Both the position numbers and the translations under genes were made by a program. Below are positions 1 to 12,390 of a DNA stretch of 64,000 nt, piece by piece (within the stretch, counting starts at the first letter, position 1; every line of letters begins with the position of its first letter). Location of the stretch: contig MU058337.1 of the NCBI GenBank assembly GCA_013265495.1, forward strand, positions 5,810,716-5,874,715, read 5' to 3'. This DNA comes from Vicugna vicugna (taxonomy: Eukaryota). Under the pieces are notes generated by a model. The model was not told where the DNA came from. It ran no database searches and saw only the letters and a program-made list of their open reading frames with translations.

Positions 1-439
1 GGCAGGGGCAGAGGTGGCCCCCCTCTCCATCTCTGTGCCATTCCTGTTACCTGGGTCCGCGAAGTAGCATCGCTTAAGACCAGAATGAACAAATCCGTAG
101 AGAAAAATTCTCTTTCAGCTTTTTGGTCTTCACTCCCCTAGTTTCTGGGGCTCAAATTTATTCCTTGGATCCAGGGAACAGATGGTAAGTCTTTTCTTCC
201 ATTGTCTCCTACAACCTCAGTTTTAATTTTAAATGGAGAATTGGTAAATAAGTGGCACTATCGAGACTGTATGATTATCTGCATCCCATATGGTATCAGC
301 GCTGAGCGTGTAGCAGGAGGGTGAGACCTTGGTGATGTGTATATCCGCCCTGCAGGCTGCATCCCGAAGTGTGCGCTCATTTCTAAGAAGATGTGTGTGT
401 CCCCAACTGATGTGGTGTGTCCCCAGGTGAATCTGGGTC

Positions 440-1010
440 CAATACGAGCTCAAGGCCGCCCATGAACGCCCGGGTGGGCCGCGTTGGAGCGTGCGCGTCT
501 GCAGCCAGGCCCCAGGTGTGCGCCCGCCTGGCTCCCGGCGCGAGCCCAGGTGCGCGCACGGCCGCTCGGGCGGGACCGCGTCCCGCCTCCAGGGGGCGCC
601 GCCGGGGGCGGCCTCCCGGGGCGGCCGCTGCAGCCTCGGCCCGCGGTTTCCGTCCGGCCGCCCGGACCCGCTGTCCCCGACGGCACCGCGCTGGGCCGCA
701 GGTGAGGCGCTGGGCGCGTTCCGGGCCGGGGCCTCTGTCCCCGCTCCTGTCGCGAGGGGGCCCTGGGGACTCGGGCGTCGCTGCCGGCGCGTCGCGCCGG
801 GGCCGAGTCCGCAGCCCGCGGGCTCCGGGGAGGGAAGGAGGGCGGGGGAGCGGGCAGAGCCCGGCGGTGACGAGACGCGGACGCCCGCGGGACCCGCTGG
901 GAGGGAGGGGACACGGGGACGTTAACCGCGTCCACAAATGGCTCCGCGCCGCGTGACGCGGACGCCGCGGCCAGAACGGGCGGGGGCAGGAAAGGGAGCT
1001 CCTTCGGGTG
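440..1010 (+). promoter_or_regulatory. GGACT: CpG island promoter and non-coding first exon of GGACT; splice donor CAG|GTGAGG at 701/702
   Basis: Very GC- and CpG-dense block with GC boxes, GCGC repeats and a consensus donor site. It lies upstream of the GGACT CDS in the expected position. The exact TSS cannot be determined. Confidence 0.8.
583..601 (+). promoter_or_regulatory. CTCF core motif
   Basis: CCGCCTCCAGGGGGCGCCG matches the CTCF core CC(A/T)(C/G)CAGGGGGCGC. Confidence 0.6.
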
Positions 1011-2779
1011 TAGAAGCTGCCTGTTCCCGAAGGGGGAAAAGTGATGACCATTCAGAAGGTAGGAGGTAGTTTTAACATGATCTCTGAGTCGAATGAGGCT
1101 GACACTTAAGAAATTCTGCTTTTAATTGTAGAGATTCCTGTTTGCGAGGAGACCAGGAGCTGCAAAAGAAATCTAAGAGCTTCTGGCATTTGTCAGTTTT
1201 TGAGCTCAGGCGTTTTTTGGGAGCAATTAGACTCAGCTGAGTTTTTGGAGAAATTTCTGTTACTGGCTTGATTATAAAATGTGGTTATCGCTTTCACTCT
1301 TTTGGTCAAAGATTAACCCCACAGTCTCAGTGGAAACAGGTGCACGGTTTTTTGAGCACACCGTCCTGACTCCAGCTGACTTTGTCTATATAAACTGATA
1401 AGAAAATGCACGAGACTTGTAGCCACTTTTTAAAAAGCAGGATGTTAATTTTGCTAAACGTCCCAGGGAGAAGTCATGTATTAAACACTAAAGGGTCTCT
1501 CTAAGTCAGTTGGATTGACCTATATAAAGTGTAGGTCTTACGCACACACGTTTTTATGTGCTTTTTCATATAATTGAAGACTATTCTCCCGGGTCTCATG
1601 CAATTTATTGAAATGCTAAGATGGCGAGGTCTCCCAGGTGGCCCACATTTTCCCCAAATGCCTTGTTTTCCTCAACCGACTCCCAGGAGGAGCCATTAGT
1701 TCCTGAATAAGCAGGCTGCCTTGGTAGAAAGCATTTGTAGTTTAAAAGCTGAATGTGCAAAGTTAGGCTAGTTTCTAATGGTTGGGCTTGTGTATGGAAA
1801 TATTTGAGACTAGCTGACCTCACAAACGAGGGTCCAGACTGTTAGTCCTGGTTCTAGAGAAGGTTGTTATTCATGCTGGCCTTAGGTAGTGGGCAGCTGG
1901 AAGTAAAATAGAGCAGGGATGGAAACTGTTACTGCATAGGTTTAAATTATCTGTTCATGTTCCTGTTATTTTATGTAGTAAGATCTCCTGAAAGTTCCAG
2001 TCTGGGTCAGCTCTTCCAAGTGGAGTCATTGAAGGGCTTTGTACTCACATCAGCCAGGCCTTTCCCAGGAGGTAGGGCGCCCGCCCCTGCAGGCCGGGGC
2101 GGAGGTGGGCACAGCAGTTTTCGCAGAGCGATGAGTCCCAAGGAAGATGATGATAAGAGGGCACATTCAAGTAATCTAATCTTAGTGGTCTTTTCTAGAA
2201 CCGTCTCCATCCAGAGGGAAACAGTAGATAAGAGATTTTATTATGAGAGTGTTGGTTAAACAGGGCCAGCATCTTGTTTAACAGGAATCGGTTCTTTAAT
2301 TGAAATTCTCTTTTGTCAGTGAAACTGCTCCTGAGGGCAAGACAGCCTTGCTTCGGTTGGATTTGAGAGGATTTGACAGCTGTGTGGGCAGAGCTTACTC
2401 CGTGGAAGGTGTTATTTATGCCCCCCCCCAACAGGTTTACAGAGAAGACCCAGTTACTAGAAGTCTTGGGTTGTGTGACGTCACGACTTAGTAGACTTGG
2501 TCAATAGCTAAAAAGGATGAAGTAAGTGCCCCAGGGCGGGTGGAGCACAGTGGGATGATTCTTGCCCGAGAACCTGGGACATCACGTTGCGGCTGGACCT
2601 CGGGTGCAGAGTAGAATTTTACAGGAGAGACATGAAATAGGGACATTCTTGGTGGCGGACACCAGGAGCAAATAGAAGCTTTAAATGTAACTCTGTGTAA
2701 GGAGGGTGGGGCGGGAGGCCTGCCTGAGAGAGAGGCTGTATAGAGAGAAACTCTACTTTTTAATCAAGGCTCTAATTTT

Positions 2780-3170
2780 TTTCCTTTTTATTAAAGCAAA
2801 CATAAAAGCAGAGTGACTAGTATAATGAACTTCCATATATCCATCAAATAGGTTTCACGATGGGTTAAAATGATGTCTTTTTTTAGCCATATCTGCTTCA
2901 TCTTTTTGTTGAAATAGTTTAAATTGCAGATGATGTAATATTTCACCCCTAGCCAGTGTGGTATGCACCTCCAAAAAGGCGTCTTCTTGTATAACCGTAA
3001 TACCACTGTCACCTCCTTATGAAGGTCATTCCTTAGTGTTTTTCAAAACTCAGTCCACAGTCACATTTCCTTGATTGCCTTGGAAATGCACTTATACTGT
3101 TGGTTTCTGTGAATCAGATTCCCAACAAAGGCCACACGTGGTACTCTGTTGAGCACCTGTTGCCTCTTAG
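2780..3170 (-). mobile_element. Ancient L1 (L1ME/L1MC-like) 3' fragment
   Basis: Degenerate old L1 3' UTR-like sequence (tagtataatgaacttccatatatccatc..., aaatagttt...). Confidence 0.45.
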
Positions 3171-3173
3171 TCC

Positions 3174-3412
3174 AGGATGGGAGTTGGCAAACTTTTTCTG
3201 AAAAGGTCCAGTTACTAACTCTTTGCTTTGCAGGCCACATGGTCTCGGTTGCAGCTTCTCCACTGCTTGGGCCCCCAGAGTAGCCACAGAGGATACTTTA
3301 TGCGCATGGCTGCATTCCAGTAACATTTTGTTTTCAAAGTTTTTGTTGTTGTTGTTTTAAACTCTACCAGTAGGTTGCACTTACCCGCAGGCCACAGTTT
3401 GCGTTGCCTGGT
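3174..3412. mobile_element. MER58A-like hAT-Charlie DNA transposon
   Basis: gttggcaaactttttctg-aaaggtccag...ttgcaggccacatggtctc...ggccacagtttgc resembles MER58A. Confidence 0.7.
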
Positions 3413-4036
3413 CTAGAGCAGCCCTGTGAGCGGTCTCCTTAACGCCAGTGATGTGTTGGCATCACTTGGTGTGGCCTGTGGATGGCTCGCTTTGTGGATT
3501 TAGTCAGGTTTTTGTATAGCGTGGTTCAGCTTGTTCCTCTATACTCTGTACCTCCTAGAAACTGGACAGTGGATCTAGAGGCTTAATTAGGTTCAGAGTC
3601 ACCATTTTTGGCAAGGATACTTCAGATGTGGTCTGAATTTTTTTTAAATAAACGTATGACTTTAAAAGACTCAGAAACCCACATTCAGGAAGCTCAATAT
3701 TCCTAAGTTAAGCTTTGCCGGGTGGCTGAAGATACCCTTTTTTCTTTCTCATTTTCCTTACTTGGAGGAGAGGCTATAGCTGCTATCTCTCAAGAAGGTG
3801 GAGGACTGTGAGCCCCCCTCGAGGTCAGTGGGAACTGCCCTCTGATCGCGGCATCCTGCCGCCCCTTGGGCTGGTGGACCACATTTTCCACTGAACGGCA
3901 GTTCCTTCCTTCCATGGGCCCACCCACAGGTCTGAGAGCATCCGAGGGGCCGGAGGATGTGTTCTTGTCTTTAAGCCCCTTGTCTCTTAAACATTCAGCT
4001 TTCTCCACTCACCTTCCTCTTCATCTCACCCGCTAG

Positions 4037-4207
4037 CAGGACTGAGAACTGGATTCTTGGTCCATGGGCTTCTGGTCACACTACGAGGTGGGAGTCCTAC
4101 CCTGGTGTCCTGTTCGGAAGGATCCTGACGTCAGAAGCTTTTCAGACTCAGACTCGCGATGGTGTGGAATTCCAGGGCGGTGCGTTTTTGAAGAAACAAA
4201 ATTACAG
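4037..4207 (+). other. GGACT: Probable 5' UTR exon 2 of GGACT (acceptor TAG/CAG, starting at 4037 or 4040; donor CAG|GTGAGA)
   Basis: Long polypyrimidine tract at about 4000-4030, a NAGNAG acceptor and a consensus donor at 4207/4208. As I recall, mammalian GGACT has a non-coding second exon a few kb after exon 1. Confidence 0.6.
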
Positions 4208-4649
4208 GTGAGAATTGTTTTTCCTCTCTTCTGGAGTGTTTGTTGCTCCTACACTGTTGAGCATCAAGGAAGTATGCTGCCAGACAGCATCATTTGGAAG
4301 TCCTGTCTTTTTGTCTCTTAGGAATAGTAGGGAAACTGTCTGTTTATGCCTGAACTCATTTTTCCAGACAGTGTGTCATTGGTCTTTTTCTTATTGGTTT
4401 GTAAGAATTCTTTATACATTGAGAATACTAGTCTTTTGTCATGTGTGTTACAAGTATTTCCCCATTTTTTTAACTTTGTTTACAGTACTTATATGCTGCA
4501 GAAAAATTTAATTTTATATAGGGAAAGAAATAAATCTCCCCGTTACAGTTTCCTTGTTTCGTATTTTGCTTAGTATTATTTGCTTATTGTTATTTTGACC
4601 CTCCCAGTTCAAGATTTTTTTAAGTATGTGTTAACACAGATGAATGGAC

Positions 4650-4830
4650 ATGTAACTGATAAAGAGGAATATTGAAGGGGGCTCTTTCTACAAGATACTA
4701 TAATATTAAACTGATTAAGTATTGGCGTTACGATGGGCCCTACATTGATTAAGTGTTGAAGTTGGGGAGATGGGTATTTGGGGGATATTATATCATTACA
4801 TCCCATAATAAAAAATTTTCTTCAAAAAAA
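4650..4830 (+). mobile_element. Old L1 3' end fragment
   Basis: gttggggagatgggtatttgggggatattatat...cataataaaaaatttt resembles the L1M 3' terminus. Confidence 0.45.
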
Positions 4831-4974
4831 GAATAGTAGATGGAAAAGCTATCTTTGACTCATTCGTCCATATTCAGTAACTATTACTTATCTACTTTGT
4901 GCTGAACACAAGGGGGTATTTTGTTAATAAAAGCAAAAGATCTTGGAACTTGTATTTCTCCCGTAAGAGGCAGA

Positions 4975-5195
4975 TGTTAATGTCATGGTTAAGGGCACCA
5001 ATTCCTATGTCAGATTGCCTGGCTTCAGATTCTAGCTCTGCCAGCCACTGGCTGGGTGGTTTTGAACTTTTCAGTTTTAAAAATGGGGGATAATAATCGT
5101 GTCTACCCGATAGGGTTTTGGGGAGGCTTGAATGAGAAAACCCATGAAAATTCCTTTGCGTGGTCCCTAGCACTTAGTAAATGCTCGATGAGTGC
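4975..5195 (+). mobile_element. MIR SINE
   Basis: tggttaagggc...cagattgcctggcttcagattctagctctgcc...aaaatggggataataat...tagtaaatgctcgatgagt. Confidence 0.7.
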
Positions 5196-7269
5196 AAACT
5201 CTGAAGAAGAAAAAACAGCAACTTCAGCTAAGCAAGGACCAAGGCAGGAGGCGCAGGTGCTGAGCTGATGTTTGGGGCGGGGTTGTGACCTCACCTGGGC
5301 AGGTTACACAGGGCTGGGAGGACCTTCCAGAGGAAGGGACTTTGGAGTGAAGATGTGAGATGCAGAAGCCATGTCTTTTCCTCAGAAGTGCCCTCTTTGG
5401 CGAGTGACAGGGGTGAGGGGCAGCAGAGGGAGGGCACAGGCACAGGCAATCACCCAAAGGAGCGGGTCTGGTGTCATGTTAGTTTCCTAGTGCTGCCGGC
5501 GGGGCCACGGTGCCACGGCGCCATCGCTCACAGCCACCCGGACCAGTCATCCCTCGGCTCCACAGGGCCTCGCTGGGCTGCAGTCAGGGCCGTGTGCCCT
5601 CCTGGAGGCTCTGGAGGAGCTCCCTGCACAGAAGAGCACCACTGCGGCTCCCCGCCCCCAGCCAGGAAGGGGCTTGGGCTCAGAGGGGCCCATTTGGATA
5701 TCTGCATCTTCAGGCCCTTAACTTTAACCACAGTCCGTGAAGTCCCTGCGCCACACAGGGTGCTGCCATCACGGGTTCAGGGGATGAGGACACAGTGTCT
5801 TTGGGGCCCTTTCTTCAGTCACCTCGCCCTGCCCTGTACTGCAGTCACTGCTGCAGGAGCAGGGCCACTCTCCAGACGTCTGGGGCGGTCAGATACACTA
5901 CTAGCAGGAGCTGCCGACTCCGGCCTGGTTCCTCTGCTCTTCCGGGGAGCCTGCCCCAGACCCTGGGGGCCTCTCCGTCAGCTCTGGGGTAGGGGCTCTG
6001 CTGAACAGCTGTCACAAACCTGCTTTGATTCAGTCCTCTGGCTCCGCCCTCCCCCAGGCCACTCCTGCCTCTGTGCCCTGATGGGGCTGTTCCACCTTGT
6101 AGTTTTTCTGTTATTTCTGCCTATGTAATTGTTTTTGCACACCAGCCTTAAACACCGCTATTTTCAACATAATTCACACTAAAATAGCGTTTTCTCTTCT
6201 GTTAACGCTGGTTGGGTGAGAGCCACATCTTCCTCATTTGATTGCCTGGCCGTGCCTTCCACATCAGAGGTGCCCAGTAAGGAAGGGCTCATTTCCAGTG
6301 GGTTGGGAGTGTTTCCATAGAGCTCTCAGATTTGAGTCACACCAGAGTAAATTAGAGGGAGAAACAGCAAATGAAAGAAAACCTCTCGTATTATGCTGTA
6401 CCTTTGTCCGTTTGCTCATTCCTACATCTGCTTTTAAATCTTCGAGCATTAATTACCTCTCCCTGCCCTTGTCATCTGCACGTAGGAGGGTGCAGCAGAC
6501 AAGTTAATGGAAATTATTAATATTTCTACATCTCATGATGTTTTTAATGATTTATGAGCATTAAATGAGCTTTGAAAAGCATTCTTTAAGCCATTATTTT
6601 TGAGAAGAATCACAACTACCTGCTTTGAATTACTTTCTCCCTTGAGTTGGTTTTCTATATAATTAGATGACTAATATAAAAGCCTTATAAAACTGATGAG
6701 GGGAAATTAGTGAGTCCTAGAAGTGAGTAAAGAACAGTTGGATGGCATTCTAGGGAGTATCTATGAAGACTTTTTTTCTCTGTCATCATTTTGTTATGAA
6801 CATCTCTGGCCATGCTCTGAAGCAGAGCAGAGTAAGCCCTCGTGGACCCGTATGGCGTCGGAATCCACCCGCCATCCCGGCTTTGCCCTCCCTGTTCCAT
6901 CTGCCTGACTTGCTTTGTTTTTTGAATCTTTGTTTATTTGCTTGCTTCTGGAGAATTTTTTGAAGCAAGTACCAGAAATATTTCATACTTAAATATTTTA
7001 GTATTAAATTTTGTTTAAAAGTTTAGTTTTTACATAACTATAGTCCTACCCAACAATGAATGAAAAATCCTTAGTATCATACAGTGCTGTGTGCAAATTC
7101 CCCCACTTGTCTAAAACAGTCTGTACAGCTAGTTTATTCAAACCAGGATCAAAACAAAGCCCTTTCGCTGTATTTGATTTATGTATCTCTTGTCTCTGTT
7201 AATAATGGATGTGTGCCATCTTACCTTAATTCAGAACGCTCTTACTCTTTCACCTTTTAACTCAGCGTT

Positions 7270-7790
7270 TTAGAAGAGTTGCATGCTCTCATGCATTCAC
7301 TCTTTAATATTATTATTTGGATTTATATAAAGTTGACCTTTTTTGTTGTATGATTCTATGAGTTTTAAAGTTGACTGACGTAACCATCATCATAGTTCTG
7401 ACACAGAGCAGTTCCGTCACCAGAAAAACCCAAGAAACCAAACCAAACAAGCCCGTCCTCATTCGGCTCCCTTGCACTCACACCCTCACCTTGCCACTCG
7501 TCCCTGGCAGCCCTTGGTCTGGTCTCCATCTTTATAATTTTCACCTTTTTCAGAATGTCACATAAATGAAGTTCTGCAGTATGTGTGTGACATCTAAGAT
7601 GGGCTACTTCATTCAGAGGATGTCTTTGGGATTCATCCACTCTGGGTCCTTCCTTACTGTGGAGCAGTTTTCCATCTCACAGACATACCACAGGTATGTC
7701 CACTCACTGTTGGGGAAGGTTTTTTTTGCAGTGATCCATTCATTGTCTTGTGCACGCCTTGTTCCTGTTTTACCATTAGTAACTGGTGGT
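7270..7790 (-). mobile_element. L1M (L1MB/L1MC) 3' fragment
   Basis: The minus-strand ORF track gives L1 3' UTR-like text, and the sequence contains ttttcagaatgtcacataaatgaa and attcatcca. Confidence 0.65.
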
Positions 7791-8023
7791 GTGTAATTGC
7801 TCTTACCATCAGTTTCATGCTGGATTAGATTGATCATGAGTAGTTAGTTACATGAGAGCAAATGGATATGAGCAGAGAGTAATTTCTCTGAATGCCGTTT
7901 AACTACAGTGAGCGCTGTTACAGCTTAAAAATGAACTGTTCCCTTGTGCCTTGCGTTTGAATACCTTTTTCCCTTTAAAGCATGTTGAGCTCAAGGAAGA
8001 AAGCCATTTGAAATTTGTGAGCT

Positions 8024-8162
8024 GGTGGGGAGGGTATAGCTCAAGTGGTAGAACACATGCTTAGCATGCACGAGGCCCTGGGTTCAATCCCCAGTACTTC
8101 CTCTAAAAATAAGTAAATAAACATAATTTCCCCCACCCCCCACCAAAACACACAAACACAAA
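8024..8162 (+). mobile_element. tRNA-Ala-derived SINE (camelid Vic-1-like) with 14-bp target-site duplication
   Basis: ggggagggtatagctcaagtggtaga...ttagcatgcacgaggccctgggttcaatccccagtac carries A and B boxes and an A-rich tail. The exact TSD gaaatttgtgagct lies at 8010-8023 and 8163-8176. Confidence 0.9.
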
Positions 8163-8951
8163 GAAATTTGTGAGCTAAAGCTCATGCTTGCCTCTCTTTG
8201 GATAATTAGGGACCACAGCCACTGAAAGTGTGGCGTTGACTCTTGGGTCAGTCACTAGAATGTCTCTGCTGTTGCTGTCCCCTCACCCCTCTCATTAGAC
8301 GAAACTGTGAAGTCTGGGTGCCCGAGGTCATTGCTGAGGGAGGGCCTGTCTTTAAACTCAGGTCTCCCCCATTAGCTGCTGTGGTTTGAGCTTCCAGTGG
8401 GCAGTGTTATTTGTGAACAGAGTGGACATTATCATCATCGAACTGGAAGAATGGTGTCCATAACGGTTTTACTTTGTGACTAGAAACTCTCTGTTTTTCG
8501 CTCTGAAAAGTCGCTGGAGCGTTAGGCCCATTGACAGACCTTCCTTTGTGCCATGGGGTCTTAGAAAAACCGAGCCTGACACAGGAGGCAGACTGCAGAC
8601 GGACGCCAGGTGGGCTTCACACAACTGAAGCTGCTGTGGTCTGAAGCCTCAGAGGCCACGCAGGAGGAAACTTCGGCTCAAAATGTAAAGGAAAGGGATG
8701 GGTTTCTGTGGTTACGTAATCTTTGGTTTAAAATGAGTATATTTATTGACTCTTATATCAATTAGGATTGGGATAAATCAAAAATAGTGAAGGATTAGTA
8801 AAGATGTTCCCTCCACTGGACCCAAATCTTTGATTTGTTTGAAGAGAAATTATGGATGTTTTTTAAACTTTATGCTTATTGATATTAATAAAGTCATATA
8901 TATAAGTATTAGGGCCTTACGTCCAGGGTTTAGGACTGCAGGCTAACACAC

Positions 8952-8990
8952 GCGCTGCCCCCTGGTGGCAGCGTACTGAACAGTGCAGTT
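8952..8990 (-). promoter_or_regulatory. CTCF site with upstream (ZF9-11) module
   Basis: The minus strand reads CTGCACTGTTCAGTACGCTGCCACCAGGGGGCAGCGC: a core motif plus TGCA at the usual upstream spacing. Confidence 0.75.
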
Positions 8991-9449
8991 CAGAGAGGAG
9001 GAATTCTGCTGAGTCCATTGTGCAAAATTGTGGAGGGAGCCAGGAGATGGTTTCTCTTTCCAGCTCTTCTCGTAATTACTCTCTGTCATCATGATGTTAG
9101 GCAAATAATTTAGTTCAATTAAAGTCCAGATTTCACTCTCTCATACTCTAAAGTGTAATTTCTAAAGTTTCTCCCTGCTTTAACATCTTACTCTCCAGTG
9201 GAAACAGCAAATGTTACAGAGAAAGATGTAAAGTTCCACTTTTCCCTTTAGCTGCTGAATCCTAGCAAATCCCAGATGTTTATTCAGGAAAGCGGGCTCT
9301 AGAGTGAAAGAGCGACTCCTGAAGCTTAGTAAGGGTTTGGCTCTGGGCAGCAAACTGCGTAGATCTCTCTAGCACAGTTCGTAATTCATCAGTGCGATGA
9401 TCCTGCAAGTTACATCATTTTAAAAATAATCTCCTTATACTTAATGCAG

Positions 9450-9810
9450 GTTTTAAAAAAACATAAAATTTACCATCTTAACCATTTTAAGTGTACATTT
9501 CAGTCGTGTTAAGTGTATTCATGCTGTACAACAGACCTGCAGAACTGTCTCATCTTCCCAAACCGAAACTCTGCCCCCATCAAACAGCAGCTCCCCACCC
9601 CCTTCTCCCACAGCCCTTGGCCACCATCCTTCTCCCTTCCGTCCTGTGTGTCTTTTTGTGATGGGCTTATTTCACTGAGCGTGATGTCCCCAAGGCTCAT
9701 CCATGTTGTAGCCTGTGACAGGATTTCTTCCCTTTTTCAGGCTGAAAATTGTATGTATGTATGTATGTCGATGGACACTGGGGTTGCTTCCCCTCTTAGC
9801 CATTATAATA
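9450..9810 (-). mobile_element. L1MB-like 3' UTR fragment
   Basis: acataaaatttaccatcttaaccattttaagtgtaca...ggcttatttcactgagc...catccatgttgtagc. Confidence 0.85.
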
Positions 9811-11574
9811 ATATAACTACAATTATTTTTAATTATTTATTACATATTAATGCAGAGAGAGTTTATACAGTTGTTTTCTGTGCATAAAAGGATAAACTTC
9901 ATTATGAAGCACACCATTCAACCATGCTGGGTAATTAGGAATGGCTTTTTGTATGGATAAGTTAAAAAGGAGCTAACATTTACTGGCCACAAGCTACGCA
10001 CCAGATACTACAGATCTGTGATACATCCTGTTGTTTAGTTCTTAGAATAATTCTGTGATTTACCTTACTTATTAAAGTCACCGAGCCAGCATTCTGCTAT
10101 GCACGATCTCATATAGTCCTCACATATCAGCCCTTGAGGCAAGCATTAGCCCGTTTTTTAGGTGATGTACCTGAGGTTCATTTAAAAACCTGGAGGTGGC
10201 TGAGGGTCAAGAATGCTTCCAGAGTTTCATCTGAGGGCTTCAGTTACCCCCCAAAGCAGGATGGTGGCCAGTAAATATTAAAAATGGGAGTGGCAGAAGC
10301 TGTGGTTGCCCCCAAACATCCATTCTCTCCCTCTTGAGTTACTGGTCCCTTTGTTGCCAGGAAGCAAGTGAGAGCTACTCAGCAGTAACCCCGTTTTAAA
10401 GCACGTTTCCAAGCTGTGAAATATCAGGGCTGCCGCATTTTCAGTCTCACAAGGGCTCCTCTGCCTGGACCGTCCGGGTGGGCTGTGCAGACTCACGTGT
10501 TCAGACGGTCAGGCAGGCTGGACCAGCTCCTCCGTCCTGACGCATCCCTCTTGCAGGTTTACTCATGATGTCCGAAGAATTGTCTCTTTCCTTCTTGGAA
10601 TCTACCCCCCTTTTTTTGTTTTGAGGTCTGACCTGATAAGTTACTGCAAAGAATGATGTCTTCACAGGTCTTGGATTTTTAATTTCAGGCGTGTCATCGG
10701 CAAGCCAGTCTAAACAGGACTAACTGAATTTGGGGAAGACACGTACACAGGCAGCCATCACTCATGAACTAGGATGTCTAGAGAAAAAGTATCTCAGGTT
10801 TATTTCACTCCAGTCTTTTTCCTGCATCATGTTCAAAATTAAAAACAAATATAAAAAACATCCTTTAAACCTGTGTTTCAATGCAGCTGCCTGGGTGCTT
10901 CTGGAAGGTGTGAGCTGGGCCTCTGGGCTTCCCTCCTCCACGAAGGCCTGGCTGCCACCGCCGTGGGGCACACCCAGCTCAGAGCACACAGAGCCCTGTG
11001 CTGTGTTATGCTGGTGACACCAGGTGTTGAAAGTAAAAAATGTGATTTATTCCACATTCTTAAAATGGTTATTCTTATTGCTTAATATTTATACTTAAGC
11101 CGACCTTGAATCATCAGAGAGTAAGCACATAATGCTCTTAGGAAATGTGTATTCAGCAATATTGTTTAGGGAACAGTCTCTTAGTTACATTAAAATGATG
11201 GGGAAATTTAATGGGCTAATATGTACTAAACTTGGAAAGGGCCACCTTTACTTATCCTAAGTTTTTTTGGTTTTATCTTTATTTTTATGTGTTTTGCTTT
11301 CCTTTTGTATAACTTGGACATGAAGCATTTTTCTTTAAAAAGGTGCAGGTTTGAACACATGTTAAATATTTAGTATTTAGAAAATTTGCTTTTCTGGTTA
11401 ATTAAACTTTCCATGGAGATGAAGGTTAAGTGAAAATCTTTTATGAGAGGTCTTGTGAAGATGAATTAGTGTGCCTTCCCTCCTCTTACAGTATACAGAG
11501 CAGGATGAATCTTTTTTATCCAAAAGTTAGTCATTCTTCAGTAGCATCAATATAAAACTTAAAGATCTTATTCA

Positions 11575-12203
11575 GAAAAGGCAAGATAAGGTAACAAGAT
11601 AAGTGTCTGTCAACAGATGAATAAACAGATGAATAAAAAGTGTGTACGTATACATACATAAAACATTTCATTATATGCATGGGACTACATATGTATGCGC
11701 ACACACACGCACATATATATATAAATATTCAGCCGTAAAAGTGAAGGCAGTCTTGCCATTTGCAACAACGTGGGTGAATCTGGAGGACATTATAAGGAAG
11801 ATAAGCCAGACACAGAAAGACAAATACTGTATAATATCACTTATATGTGGAATCTAAAAAAGCCAAACTCATAGAAGCAGAGAGTGGAATGGTGGTTGCC
11901 AGGGGTTGTAGGGGTGGGAGGTGGGAGGTGCTGGTCAAAGGGTGCGGGGTTTTGGTTGTGAGTAAGTTCTGGGGATCTGACGTACAGCTTGGTGACTGTA
12001 CTGTATTCTTAAAATTTGTGAAGAGAGTAGATGTTAAGCGTTCTCACCACACACACATGAATAAAGCGTAGCTACATGAGGTAATGGATGTGTTAATTAG
12101 CTTGATTGTGGTAGTCACTTCAGTGTGCACGTATATATAATCATCACATTGTACACCTTGAACGTATACAATTTTTGTTTGTCAGTTAAACCTCAGTAAA
12201 GCT
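11575..12203 (+). mobile_element. L1MA-like 3' end
   Basis: ttgccatttgcaacaacgtgggtgaatctggaggacatt...ataagccagacacagaaagacaaatactgtat...cctcagtaaagct. Confidence 0.9.
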
Positions 12204-12252
12204 CCAGGGGGAACTGAGAGACCCTTCCCTAAATGAAAGGCTCGAGGGAATT

Positions 12253-12390
12253 CAGTGGTTTCCCCAAAGGGTAATCATCAGAATCACCTTTTGAAAATGT
12301 TGTATTTTATTACTAATACATGTTCCTGTCCTGACTCCAGACTTGTATCTCCCTGGGAGGTGGGCTGGGGCTCGGGAATAGAAAAGTTGA
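12253..12390. mobile_element. MER5-like DNA transposon fragment
   Basis: cagtggtttccccaaa...catcagaatcacct...gggtgggctgggg. Confidence 0.4.

Noticed and set aside
383..1051. Several long ORFs on both strands at the window start
   Set aside because: They are Arg/Pro/Gly/Ala-rich products of the stop-poor CpG island, with no recognisable domain.
5355..6128. 257-aa ORF
   Set aside because: GC-rich intronic sequence with a non-ATG start, no recognisable family and no splice support.
8027..8102. Apparent tRNA-Ala gene
   Set aside because: The A-rich tail, TSD and imperfect stems show it is a SINE.
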